Source of the DNA: Candidatus Binatia bacterium
Lineage (GTDB): Bacteria > Desulfobacterota > Binatia > HRBIN30
DNA length: 64,000 nt
NCBI GenBank assembly: GCA_038245295.1
Contig: JBBRSP010000017.1
Coordinates: forward strand, 1-64,000
Direction: 5' to 3'
The notes under the pieces are model-generated. The model did no database searches. It was not told the DNA's origin and saw only the letters and a list, made by a program, of their open reading frames with translations. The position numbers and the translations under genes are program-made. Below are positions 47,849 through 57,437 of this stretch, one piece after another; position 1 is the first letter of the stretch, and every line of letters begins with the position of its first letter.

Positions 47849-49450
47849 GTGGAAATTTCAAACCTGGTACGAACAATGGAATCTCGCTTCGCCTCGCATA
47901 CGATGCGCTGGGCGGTGCTGAACGCAGCGTTGATCAGGGTGCTCCCTCTCTTATTGCTCCCTTTGGGTATGCAAGCATTGTGGACGTCGGCGGCCGAAGC
48001 GCAGTTCGACATGAGCCGCGGTCAACGAGCCGCCGATGGCACCGTCTACGAAGTGATCGCGGTGCCCGACACAATGCTCTCTTCCGGCATCGACTTCATG
48101 CGCGTGACCACGGTTGCCGGAAGCGTCAACGGACTCAGTGCCTGCTCCAATGGCGGATCCGGACCGGGCCAGGAGACGTCGGCTCTCAGCGGCGCCGATC
48201 CGCTGGTGCCGCAGAACCTGCATGCTTACACGTCGATCACCCGCACCGGGATCCTGACCCCCAACACCTTGGCCACTGTGACCTTCGATCCGACCAATGG
48301 TGGCCGCTTGATCATCGGCACGGGCGGCGGGGCGATCACCGTCTGTCGAGACCCTGCCGACTGCAGTGCCGCTTCGAATGTCGCCTCGACGTTCTTGCTG
48401 TCGCAAAGTGGCGGTGGTGTGCCGAGCGCGTGTATCGCCACTGGTGCTGCGGCGCCGTGCGCCGGTAGCGACCCGCTGCAAACGCTCGCTTTCGGCTTGC
48501 CGACTTCCGGGTTTCCGCCCAACTGCACCGCGGTGCCGACGACGGTGACTCATATTTGTGACCCGACACCCGCCGACGGTTTCAGTATTGGTCGCGGCCA
48601 ATTTATCGTCTTCGTCTACAATCACAGCCTGGGTCGTTCCGGCTTCACCAGCGCGGCGGCCGGATTCGGGGTCGAGCGCGATGCCGGTCCGCTGTGTGGC
48701 GCAAATCAAGTTGTGACCGCGGACGGCCAGGCGCTGAGCGCGCCGCCACCGCTGGCCCCTTCCCTGACACCTACCGCGACGGCGACGCCGACACCGACCC
48801 CGGTCCCGACGCTGGTTCCAACAGCGCTCGCGACCCTACCGCCGACGGCAACCGCTACGATCACACCGACGCCGACGATCACCCCAACCGCGACAGCGAC
48901 CGCACTGCCGGAGATCTGTACCGACGGAATCGACAACGACGGCGACGGCCTGGTCGATTGCGACGACGTCCTCGATTGCCACTGCCAGCCAATCATCCGC
49001 GACCCGGCCCATCTGTGTCCGGCGGCCCATCAGCAACTCTTCCGCTACACGCTGCATGCGCGCGCCTATCCGACGAGCGCGATCAACAGCATCGAAACAG
49101 ATGGTCTAACCGTGGCCTTGCAATACCACGCCTCAGCGCCTTGGTTCCGTGTCCACCTTCCGGCCAGCGCCCTGCGCATCACGACGGCGGCGCACAACGG
49201 CGTCAAGTATCGCTTCGTCGATACGTCGCCTGGACCCGGCATCAAGAAGTGGTCAGTGCGCAAGATCTACAAGTACGGCCAGCTCCAGTATCTCATCAAC
49301 GGCCATGGTTTGGTGCCGGCGCCTCCGACCGCAGGGCGGTACGATATCCTACAGCAGATTACGCTCGGCGATGTCCCGTTTGTGTCGACGCAGACGTGGC
49401 AGCGCAACGGTCGCTGCCTGGTGCTGACGGATCAAAAGCTTCCGAAGTAG
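47849..49450 (+). CDS. Secreted Cys-rich protein with PT linker and Ca-binding EICTDGIDNDGDGLVDC motif
   Basis: Signal-like segment ending AEA-Q; paired Cys; TPTATATPTP; DNDGDG motif; start uncertain. Confidence 0.7.
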   Translation: MEISNLVRTMESRFASHTMRWAVLNAALIRVLPLLLLPLGMQALWTSAAEAQFDMSRGQRAADGTVYEVIAVPDTMLSSGIDFMRVTTVAGSVNGLSACSNGGSGPGQETSALSGADPLVPQNLHAYTSITRTGILTPNTLATVTFDPTNGGRLIIGTGGGAITVCRDPADCSAASNVASTFLLSQSGGGVPSACIATGAAAPCAGSDPLQTLAFGLPTSGFPPNCTAVPTTVTHICDPTPADGFSIGRGQFIVFVYNHSLGRSGFTSAAAGFGVERDAGPLCGANQVVTADGQALSAPPPLAPSLTPTATATPTPTPVPTLVPTALATLPPTATATITPTPTITPTATATALPEICTDGIDNDGDGLVDCDDVLDCHCQPIIRDPAHLCPAAHQQLFRYTLHARAYPTSAINSIETDGLTVALQYHASAPWFRVHLPASALRITTAAHNGVKYRFVDTSPGPGIKKWSVRKIYKYGQLQYLINGHGLVPAPPTAGRYDILQQITLGDVPFVSTQTWQRNGRCLVLTDQKLPK

Positions 49451-49474
49451 CCACCAGCGAGAGAGATGTGCATA

Positions 49475-50530
49475 GTGAAAGCACTCGTTTATAAAGGCCC
49501 TGGCGAAAAAGCCTGGCAAGACGTCCCGGCGCCGCGCCTGCAACATCCTACCGACGTGATCGTTCGCATTGATACGACGACGATCTGCGGCAGCGATCTG
49601 CATATCCTGAAGGGCGACGTGCCGGCGGTGAAAGTCGGCCGAGTCCTCGGCCATGAGGGCGTTGGGGTGATCACCGAAGTCGGTAGCTCGGTGACCACGT
49701 TGGCGGTCGGCGACAACGTCATCCTCTCGTGCATCAAGTCGTGCGGCCGCTGCAAGTTCTGCAAACAAGGCATCTTCGCCCACTGCCTAGGCGACGAGGG
49801 TGCCGTCGGCATAGGCTGGGTGTTCGGCCACCTCATCGACGGCACGCAGGCCGAGTTTGTGCGTGTGCCGTATGCCGAGAACTCCGTTTACAAGGTCCCG
49901 GCCGGCGTCACCAACCAGCAAGGCGTATTGCTCAGCGATATCCTGCCGACCGGTTTCGAGATTGGCGTTCAATATGGCCAGACCAAGCCTGGTGATGTAG
50001 TCGCGGTGATTGGTGCCGGCCCGGTGGGTCTGGCGGTGATCATGACCGCCGGTTTGTATGGCGCTGCGAAAATCATCTCCGTCGACCTCGACGCCAACCG
50101 GCTCGAGCAGGCCCGGAAGTTTGGCGCCACCGACGCCGTCAACTCCGGCGATGCGGACTGGAAGCAGAAGGTCATGGCTTTGACGGACGGTTGGGGAGTC
50201 GACGTGGCTGTCGAAGCGGTCGGCATTCCGGCAACCTTCGAGATGGCGACGCAGATCGTGCGACCCGGTGGTCATGTGGCCAACGTCGGGGTGCATGGCC
50301 AACCGGTGTCTTTACGCCTCCAGGATCTGTGGATTCACAACATCACCATCAGCATGGGTTTGGTGAACACCAACACGACGCCCATGCCTCTCAAGCTCGT
50401 CGCCGAGGGCAAGCTCAAGGTCGATCAGTTCGCCAGTCATCACTTCAAGCTGCACGACATGATGGCCGCCTACGACACGTTTAGTCGGGCCGCCGAGACC
50501 AAAGCCCTCAAGGTGATCATCGAACGCTAG
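49475..50530 (+). CDS. Zn-dependent alcohol dehydrogenase (FDH-like MDR)
   Basis: ICGSDLH, GHEGVG, CGRCKFC...C, SDILPTG, GAGPVG. Confidence 0.93.
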   Translation: MKALVYKGPGEKAWQDVPAPRLQHPTDVIVRIDTTTICGSDLHILKGDVPAVKVGRVLGHEGVGVITEVGSSVTTLAVGDNVILSCIKSCGRCKFCKQGIFAHCLGDEGAVGIGWVFGHLIDGTQAEFVRVPYAENSVYKVPAGVTNQQGVLLSDILPTGFEIGVQYGQTKPGDVVAVIGAGPVGLAVIMTAGLYGAAKIISVDLDANRLEQARKFGATDAVNSGDADWKQKVMALTDGWGVDVAVEAVGIPATFEMATQIVRPGGHVANVGVHGQPVSLRLQDLWIHNITISMGLVNTNTTPMPLKLVAEGKLKVDQFASHHFKLHDMMAAYDTFSRAAETKALKVIIER

Positions 50531-50648
50531 CCCAGGCGCTTACCGCGGGCAGTCCGCCGGGTTGCGGTTCTCGGGGGTGAATGCTTCTGCGCCTGCTCCT
50601 GTGCCCACAAACCAAGAGAACCTGCGACCCGCAAAGCGAGCGGGCCGG

Positions 50649-51950
50649 ATGAGTAAGCAGGCGAAGCCTTTACCGCCGGATGCGACGAGCGTCCCGGCGC
50701 GCGTCGAACAGTTCTTTGCTGATCTGGGTCCAGGGCTTGTCACCGGCGCTGCCGACGATGATCCGTCCGGCATCTCTACCTATTCGGTAACCGGCGCCTC
50801 GTTTGGCTACGCGACGCTGTGGATTGCCTTGTTCTCGTTTCCGCTGATGGTCTCGGTGCAGCTCATGTGCGCCCGGCTAGGGATGGTTACGGGGCGGGGG
50901 CTCGCCGGGGTTGTGCGCAAGCGGTACTCGCGTTGGGTGCTCTGGGGTGCCTGTCTGCTGCTGATTGTTGCCAATGTCATCAACATCGGCGCCGATCTTG
51001 GTGGAATGGCCGAAGCGACGGAGTTGGTGACCGGTATCGATCGGCGAATCCTGATGCCGCTTTACGGCGGGTTCATCATTTCGCTGCTGTTCTTCTCTTC
51101 GTACCGGCAAATCGCCCGCGTCTTCAAATGGTTGACGCTGGTACTGTTCGCCTATGTCGGGTCGGGGATTCTAGCCAATCCGGCATGGGGGACGGCGTTG
51201 CGCGCTACCTTCATCCCGCACATGGAGTGGTCGGCGCGTTACTTTTCGGTTCTCGTCGGTGTGCTCGGTACGACAATCTCACCCTACCTGTTCTTCTGGC
51301 AGGCATCGGTCGAAGTCGAGGAAGAGCGCGCCATGGGGCGGCGCACCCTGAGGGAGCGACAGGGGGCAACCGACGTCGAGCTGCGCACCTCGTTCATCGA
51401 CGTGGTCACAGGAATGTTCTTCTCGAACTTCATTATGTACTTCATCATCCTCACCACGGCGGCGACGTTGCACGCCAACGGCCAAACGCAAATCACCACG
51501 GCGCGCGAGGCGGCCGAGGCGCTACGTCCACTGGCCGGACCAGCCGCCTATTGGCTGTTTACGCTCGGGCTCCTGGGTACCGGAATGCTCGGTGTGCCGG
51601 TGCTGGCGGGCTCGTGCGCCTATACGATCGGTGAAGCGTTCGGGTGGCACGGCTCGCTCGAAGATAGGCCGAACGGCGCGCGCCGATTCTACGCGGTGGT
51701 CGCGGCAGCCATTGTGTTCGGCCTGTTGCTCGACGTGATCGGCATCAATGCCGTCAGCATGCTGTTCTGGTCGGCCGTGGTAAACGGTGTGCTGGCACCG
51801 CCACTGATCGTTTTGGTCCTGTTGCTGACCAGCGATCAGACTATCATGGGGAAACGCACCAACCCGCCGCTGCTGCGTTGGACCGGCTGGATCACTGCCA
51901 TCACCATGACCGGGGCGGCCGTGGCTATGCTGGTGACCGCGCTGCTGTGA
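50649..51950 (+). CDS. NRAMP-family divalent metal transporter (DDPSG subtype)
   Basis: LGPGLVTGAADDDPSGISTYS, GTTISPYLFFWQ. Confidence 0.88.
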   Translation: MSKQAKPLPPDATSVPARVEQFFADLGPGLVTGAADDDPSGISTYSVTGASFGYATLWIALFSFPLMVSVQLMCARLGMVTGRGLAGVVRKRYSRWVLWGACLLLIVANVINIGADLGGMAEATELVTGIDRRILMPLYGGFIISLLFFSSYRQIARVFKWLTLVLFAYVGSGILANPAWGTALRATFIPHMEWSARYFSVLVGVLGTTISPYLFFWQASVEVEEERAMGRRTLRERQGATDVELRTSFIDVVTGMFFSNFIMYFIILTTAATLHANGQTQITTAREAAEALRPLAGPAAYWLFTLGLLGTGMLGVPVLAGSCAYTIGEAFGWHGSLEDRPNGARRFYAVVAAAIVFGLLLDVIGINAVSMLFWSAVVNGVLAPPLIVLVLLLTSDQTIMGKRTNPPLLRWTGWITAITMTGAAVAMLVTALL

Positions 51951-51979
51951 ACGCCCTCGCCGCGAGGCCAGGCTTCTTG

Positions 51980-52037
51980 CGTAGAACTACCTGCGTAATT
52001 CCCCGACCTTTAATCGGCGTTGCGGCGCTTGTATCAA
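51980..52037 (+). promoter_or_regulatory. Tandem-box promoter, site 5 (hybrid kinase)
   Basis: CGTAGAACTACC-TG-CGTAATTCCCCG-ACCTTT then TATCAA 26 nt after box 2. Confidence 0.72.
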
Positions 52038-52045
52038 CTATGTCG

Positions 52046-53629
52046 ATGACTGATACGCCCACCGCAGCGCAGATCTTGGCTGACTATCGCAATACACAGG
52101 CAGCGCTGGCGGCGTCGGAGTTGCGTTACCGGCGGCTATTTGAAACCGCTCAGGATGGCATCCTCATCATCGACGCGACCACCGGATGCGTCATCGACGC
52201 CAACCCGTTCATGACGAAGCTCCTGAACTACCCGCTCCAACACTTTCTCGGCAAGGAATTGTGGGAGCTCGGCTTGTTTGCCGATGCAGCAAGCTGCCGA
52301 GAAAACTTCGAGACCCTCCTGCGCGATGGCTACGTCCGCTACGAGCACCTGCCGCTGAGCCGCGAGTCTGGTTCACCCATCGCAGTGGAGTTCGTCAGCA
52401 ACGTGTACCAGGTGGCCGATGCGAAGATCATCCAGTGCAACATCCGCGACATCAGCGCCCGGCGTGTCACCGAGGAGCAGGAACACAACCATTTGACCGC
52501 CCTCGCCGAGCTCGATCGGCGCAAGAACGAGTTCCTCACCATGTTGTCGCACGAGCTGCGCAACCCTCTAGCGCCGATCTTGAACGCGGTGCATCTACTC
52601 GCCACCCAAGGCGGCGAAACACCGGTCCAGAAGCAAGCGCGGCAGATCATTGAACGGCAGGTGGGGCAGCTCAAGCGGCTGGTCGATGACCTCCTGGAGG
52701 TATCGCGTCTCAACACCGGGCGGCTCGAGCTGCGACGCGAGAATATCAGCCTCAACGCGGTTGTCAGTCTCGCCGCCGAGACGGTGCGCCCGTTGATGGA
52801 GGCGCGGCAGCATAAGTTCACCGTTTCCGTCCCCGAGCGCGAACTGTGGGTGAATGCCGATGCCGTTCGGCTGCAACAGGTTTTGCTCAACCTTCTCATG
52901 AACGCCTACAAGTACACCGACGTCGGCGGCCAGATCAGCGTAACCCTCGATGGTGCATCCGATGAAGGCGTCGTGCGAGTGCGCGATACCGGTCGTGGCA
53001 TCTCCGCCGAGCTACTACCGCGCATCTTCGATCTCTTTGCACAGGCCGAGCAGACGCTTGATCGCGCCGAGGGGGGACTTGGTGTCGGCCTGACCGTCGT
53101 ACGCCGGTTGATGGAGCTACACGGTGGCACGGCGACGGTGACGAGCACGCCGGGGCAGGGCAGCGAGTTCGTCGTGCGTATGCCGCTAACGGTGCTTTCG
53201 GCCCCGGGGCCAGAACTCTTTCCGCCAGTCGTCGTCGAGCCGGCGTTCCGCAGTGTCCGCGTCCTGGTCGTCGATGACAATGTCGACGCAGCAGAATGTC
53301 TAGCTCTCCTTTTGCGCATCGCGGGCCATGAGGTCAGCGTCGCCGCTACGGGGCCGACAGCCTTGTCGTCGGCGATCGAGGCGAAGCCGGAAATGGTGTT
53401 CCTTGATATTGGCTTGCCGGGGATGGATGGTTTCGAGGTGGCCGAGCGGATTCGCGCCGAACCAACGCTGTCCCGGACGGTCCTTGCCGCCCTGAGCGGC
53501 TACGGTCAGCCGGAGGATCGCCAGCGCGCGCGCACCGCCGGCTTCAATCACTATCTGGTAAAACCGGTACCCTTCGCGGAGATCGAACAGCTTGTCGAGA
53601 CGGTCGGGCGCGCCGGAGCGGCCGCCTGA
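52046..53629 (+). CDS. PAS-domain hybrid histidine kinase (PAS-HisKA-HATPase-REC)
   Basis: SELRYRRLFETAQDG PAS, LSHELRNPL, GGLGVGL, VLVVDDN, FLDIGLP; start at 52040 or 52046. Confidence 0.9.
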   Translation: MTDTPTAAQILADYRNTQAALAASELRYRRLFETAQDGILIIDATTGCVIDANPFMTKLLNYPLQHFLGKELWELGLFADAASCRENFETLLRDGYVRYEHLPLSRESGSPIAVEFVSNVYQVADAKIIQCNIRDISARRVTEEQEHNHLTALAELDRRKNEFLTMLSHELRNPLAPILNAVHLLATQGGETPVQKQARQIIERQVGQLKRLVDDLLEVSRLNTGRLELRRENISLNAVVSLAAETVRPLMEARQHKFTVSVPERELWVNADAVRLQQVLLNLLMNAYKYTDVGGQISVTLDGASDEGVVRVRDTGRGISAELLPRIFDLFAQAEQTLDRAEGGLGVGLTVVRRLMELHGGTATVTSTPGQGSEFVVRMPLTVLSAPGPELFPPVVVEPAFRSVRVLVVDDNVDAAECLALLLRIAGHEVSVAATGPTALSSAIEAKPEMVFLDIGLPGMDGFEVAERIRAEPTLSRTVLAALSGYGQPEDRQRARTAGFNHYLVKPVPFAEIEQLVETVGRAGAAA

Positions 53630-53634
53630 CGCCG

Positions 53635-53867
53635 AGTACCTTGGTTCGCAAACTCGGCCACGTATCGCGCTCGTGCTGAGCCTGTTCTAGGGGCGGTTCG
53701 GGAACCGCCCGCTTCTGTCTGAGCTTATCGAAGGATGAACGGCGAGCCTAAGTACTATTCGGCGCAGGTACGGTGACGTACCCGCAACCGCCCTCCGCAG
53801 TCTAAAGCCTGCGCCTACCCGTCCGCTTCAGGGTGCGCACTCAGTCTGGTAGGCGCAGGCTTTAGCC
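53635..53867. repeat. Mosaic of REP-like elements between convergent genes
   Basis: CTAGGGGCGGTTCGGGAACCGCCC hairpin, CTGAGCTTATCGAAGGA unit, GTAGGCGCAGGCTTTAG inverted pair, two AGTAC...ACGTA units. Confidence 0.7.
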
Positions 53868-53869
53868 GT

Positions 53870-54037
53870 TTAGTCGACGGCGTCCTTGATCTTGTCGATC
53901 ACCTTCTCGGCATGTTGCTTCACTTTGCCGATGGACTGATCGACACGTCCTTCGTGCTTCAGCTTAGCATCGCCGGTGAGGGCGCCGGCCGCTTCTTTTA
54001 CACGTCCCTTGAGCTCATCAATTTTTCCACTGGTCAT
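53870..54037 (-). CDS. CsbD-family stress protein (55 aa, absent from ORF track)
   Basis: MTSGKIDELKGRVKEAAGALTGDAKLKHEGRVDQSIGKVKQ; AAGGAG RBS. Confidence 0.92.
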   Translation of the reverse strand: MTSGKIDELKGRVKEAAGALTGDAKLKHEGRVDQSIGKVKQHAEKVIDKIKDAVD

Positions 54038-54082
54038 GTGCGTTACTCCTTTGTTTGCGTTGTGACGTTACGTTCAAAAACC

Positions 54083-54154
54083 ACTCTAAGGTGGGCCATC
54101 CATGCGGCAAGATCGGATTACCACGCGCGTAGTTTCACGCGGCGTGGATATCCG
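54083..54154 (-). promoter_or_regulatory. Tandem-box promoter, site 6 (csbD)
   Basis: Minus strand CGTGAAACTACG-CG-CGTGGTAATCCG-ATC-TTGCCG-N16-TAGAGT; possible third box at 54143-54154. Confidence 0.75.
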
Positions 54155-54162
54155 CAGTTGCA

Positions 54163-55881
54163 CTAGTGCCGCACGCGCCCTTTCAGGATGTTGTGTTCGA
54201 TGGTCGGGATGAGGTCCTGGAGGATTACGTCCTCGTAACGTCCCGACGTCGGGTTCGTCAGATCAGGCACCTGCGATTCTGACACCCGGTGGTTCACGTA
54301 GAACGAGCCCTTGCGTCCGCCGGCGCCAGGAAGGACAACGACGAACATGTTCTGCATCTGCTTCGACACCATCAGTGGGTCGAGCATGTCGCCGAGGCGC
54401 TCGTAGTCGTTTGGCGACTGGCCATAACCGGGCAGGATATACAGTACAGGAAAGCTCCTTGTCGTATGGAAGTATGCCGGTGGGCGATAGATCAGCACCG
54501 CCTCGTTCGGGGTCGCACCGCTCCCCAGACGCAGTGAGGGGGCGGCGATCATCGACTTCATGATATCACCGCGCGGATCGAGGTCGGTGATATCGATGTC
54601 GCCGGGCCCGTGAAATCCGTCGGCGAAGCTTGAGTCGACGTACGCGAACAGCGTCAAGAGACGCTGCCAGACGACCAACTGGCCGCAGACGTTGCCGTGT
54701 AACAACTGGTCGGTTGTATCATCGGCTTCCGGCACGCCGACGTGACCGCCGGTGTACTGAACCATCAGGAATTGCTGTGACAGGGTGGGGAACTGCGTGC
54801 AGTTGCCGGGAAAGTCACCGAGGCTGTCGACGGTAAGTCCTTTGGAACGCAGCAGCGCCACGAAGTTCTCATAGTGACGTCCGAAGCCGAATTGGTCCTC
54901 GCTGCCGACATCCATGTAGATGCGCTGCGTCGCGATGTCGGTTGCCGAGCGCGCCGCGGTGCGCGTCAGCGGATCCTCGGCCAGCCAGTTGGCGCGATCG
55001 GGATCGTAGTCGAATTGGCCGTTGCCCTCGCCGAAGTCGCTGGTTCCGGCAACGCCGTCGAGGCCGACATCCTGAAACGTCTCGCCCAATTCCGGCTCGT
55101 AGACGAGATTGTCGTTGGTGTCGGTAAACGGCTCGGAGAAGTTGACGACGATACCTTCACCGACATCGTAGACACCGTCGCTGTCCAAGTCAGCCAGCTT
55201 GCGCCCACCGACATCCACCGCGGTGGCGCCGCTGACGATCATCGGGAGTGACCCGACGGCAAGCAGGGCAACGTCGGCCGACTGGGTCGGTGTCTCGCTG
55301 ATTTGGCGAGCCCCGTCCTGGTTGGCATCGCCGCCATCGAGAAACTGCATCGGGTTGGCCGACAGGGTGAAGGTCCCAAAGGCGTCGTCCCGCAGCAGAT
55401 GTGCCGGCTGCGAGTCCATCGCCAGATATTGACGCGTCGGATCGGTATGGTGCAGGACCGGATTGCCGAAGGCGATGACCAGATCCTTATTCATTGCCAG
55501 TCGCAGATCACGCCCGGGATAGGGGGCCTGATGGTCGAAGGTGAAGTCGTCGCCGACGTTGAGCGGGCGCGTTGTTTGCGCCTTCACTTCGAGGTTGTCG
55601 TGGACAACGTCGCGCAGCAGTTGCCGCATGTCGACAGGGCCGCCGAGCGAGGCAATCGTGCTGAAGGTGTCGGCGTGTTTGGTGCCGAGGTTCATGGCGC
55701 CAAAGGCGCCCATCGAAACGCCACTGATGGCGCGGTACTGGCGCTCGATTGTCAGGGACCCGCCGGGAGTCGGGCTCGGCCCGACATCAGGCCCGCTGCC
55801 CCCATGCCCCCCACACGCGGCGAGGGCGGTAAGGGTAAGAGGGAGAACGCGGCTCAGGAAACTCTTGGTTAGGGATAACAT
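54163..55881 (-). CDS. Lipoprotein esterase (Fes/antigen-85-like alpha/beta fold, permuted domain order) with Ca-binding loops
   Basis: LAAC lipobox; RAISGVSMG near the N-terminus; MDVGSED; GGH; YRPPAY..FPVLYILPG...DLIPTIE at the C-terminus. Confidence 0.75.
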   Translation of the reverse strand: MLSLTKSFLSRVLPLTLTALAACGGHGGSGPDVGPSPTPGGSLTIERQYRAISGVSMGAFGAMNLGTKHADTFSTIASLGGPVDMRQLLRDVVHDNLEVKAQTTRPLNVGDDFTFDHQAPYPGRDLRLAMNKDLVIAFGNPVLHHTDPTRQYLAMDSQPAHLLRDDAFGTFTLSANPMQFLDGGDANQDGARQISETPTQSADVALLAVGSLPMIVSGATAVDVGGRKLADLDSDGVYDVGEGIVVNFSEPFTDTNDNLVYEPELGETFQDVGLDGVAGTSDFGEGNGQFDYDPDRANWLAEDPLTRTAARSATDIATQRIYMDVGSEDQFGFGRHYENFVALLRSKGLTVDSLGDFPGNCTQFPTLSQQFLMVQYTGGHVGVPEADDTTDQLLHGNVCGQLVVWQRLLTLFAYVDSSFADGFHGPGDIDITDLDPRGDIMKSMIAAPSLRLGSGATPNEAVLIYRPPAYFHTTRSFPVLYILPGYGQSPNDYERLGDMLDPLMVSKQMQNMFVVVLPGAGGRKGSFYVNHRVSESQVPDLTNPTSGRYEDVILQDLIPTIEHNILKGRVRH

Positions 55882-55890
55882 AAGAAACCT

Positions 55891-56298
55891 TTACGGGCCG
55901 ACTTCGGTGAAGCCGGTAACTTCCAGCGTACTCATGAAACGACCGTCGGTGCGGTCGGGGAGCTGCGGGAAGGTGAAGTGGAAGGCAGTGCTGGCGTGCG
56001 GCGCCAGATCGTTGGCCAGCTCGAACGGTACGGCGCGACCGGGGTTGTCGGCGCTCGGGTGTAACTCATCGGTCCATAGAAACTGTTGCCGCAGCTCCAA
56101 GTGAATACCGTGCAACGTCGAGCCCGACTTGTTGATGAGTGTGCCCGATACCGAGGTGCCGGCAATCGCGACATCGCTGAGCGTCACCGTGCGTTCGGCG
56201 TCACCCGGTTGCAGCACGGTCGCCGCTAGGGTCGCGCCGGGGCGCGAGACGAGAGGTAGCCCGAGGAGGGCAACAAATAGAAAAATGCGTGGGGTCAT
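55891..56298 (-). CDS. Hypothetical exported protein
   Basis: Signal peptide, beta-rich 135 aa, downstream of sod. Confidence 0.65.
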   Translation of the reverse strand: MTPRIFLFVALLGLPLVSRPGATLAATVLQPGDAERTVTLSDVAIAGTSVSGTLINKSGSTLHGIHLELRQQFLWTDELHPSADNPGRAVPFELANDLAPHASTAFHFTFPQLPDRTDGRFMSTLEVTGFTEVGP

Positions 56299-56314
56299 GA
56301 TCGAACTCCAGTGT

Positions 56315-56929
56315 TTACAGTCCAAGATCGAGCGTGCGCACCTTCTTGAAGCGTTGCGCTACGTCTTGCCAGTTGACGATCTTCCAGAACGCCGTGACCC
56401 AGTCGGCTTTGACGTTCTTGTATTGCAGGTAATAGGCGTGCTCCCACATATCGAGAACCAGCAACGGAACGGTCCCATTGCCGATGTTGCCCTGGTGATC
56501 GTAGACCTGCTCGACGACCAGCCGCTGGCCGACCGGCTCCCAGGCCATGGCGCCCCATCCGGAACCCTGAACGTTGAGCGCCGCCTGGGTCAGCTGACTC
56601 TGCAGCCCGTCGACGGAACCAAATGATTCCTTGATGGCGGCACCCAGGTCGTCCGGAGGCGCTCCACCGCCCTTGGGGCTCATATTGAGCCAGAACAGGG
56701 AGTGCAGGACGTGGCCGGAGACGTGAAAGGCGAGATTCTTCTGCAGTTGGTTGATGGCGTCGAAGTTGTTCTGCTCACGCGCCGCGGCAAGTTTGTCGAG
56801 CGTCGCGTTGGCGCCTGTGACATATGCGGCGTGGTGTTTGGTGTGGTGCAATTCCAGGAGGGCCGCGGAGTAGTGCGGCTCCAAGGCGGCGTAGTCGTAA
56901 GGTAGATCGGGAAGGGTGTATTTCTTCAT
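56315..56929 (-). CDS. sodA: Fe/Mn superoxide dismutase
   Basis: YTLPDLPYDYAALEP, LHHTKHHAAYV, GHVLHSLFW, QGSGW, DMWEHAYY; GGAGG RBS. Confidence 0.95.
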   Translation of the reverse strand: MKKYTLPDLPYDYAALEPHYSAALLELHHTKHHAAYVTGANATLDKLAAAREQNNFDAINQLQKNLAFHVSGHVLHSLFWLNMSPKGGGAPPDDLGAAIKESFGSVDGLQSQLTQAALNVQGSGWGAMAWEPVGQRLVVEQVYDHQGNIGNGTVPLLVLDMWEHAYYLQYKNVKADWVTAFWKIVNWQDVAQRFKKVRTLDLGL

Positions 56930-57094
56930 AGGGACCTCCATCGTCCATAGGATGCGCCCTGGAAGAGGTGCCGCCAATATACGAAATGCAAGAAGTGAAT
57001 CTGCGAGCGCTCACGTAAGTGTGGAGACACGGCGCAAGAGTGTCCGGCACTGGATACCGGCTTCCGGGACCGTCGATAAACTGAAATGGAGCAA

Positions 57095-57176
57095 CGTCAT
57101 CCCGGCGAAAGCCGGGATCTCCCCCTGCTGGAAGCCTCGAAGGCTGGCGAGATACCGGCTTTCGCCGGTATGACGG
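57095..57176. repeat. CGTC-type REP doublet, copy 2
   Basis: Inverted copy of 37286-37368. Confidence 0.85.
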
Positions 57177-57258
57177 AGGTGTTTGCGCAGTTGCAAACGA
57201 TGAATCAGAGAAAATCGATAGTCTCTTCTTCAGCCTGCGCTCGCTTGTTGGTCGAGCG

Positions 57259-57408
57259 TTACAATCGACCGGTAAGCAACAGCACAACCAGCACGAGCAA
57301 GATGATCCCGCCGACGCCGGAGGGAGCATAGCCGTAGTTGTGATAACCCCAGTTCGGCAGACCGCCGAAGACCAATAGCAACAAGACGACGAGTAGAATG
57401 AGAGGCAT
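57259..57408 (-). CDS. DUF3309 small membrane protein (49 aa, absent from ORF track)
   Basis: LLVFGGLPNWGYHNYGYAPSGVGG...LTGRL; AAGGAG RBS. Confidence 0.9.
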   Translation of the reverse strand: MPLILLVVLLLLVFGGLPNWGYHNYGYAPSGVGGIILLVLVVLLLTGRL

Positions 57409-57437
57409 GGGAGTTCTCCTTTGGATGGCTCCGAGAG

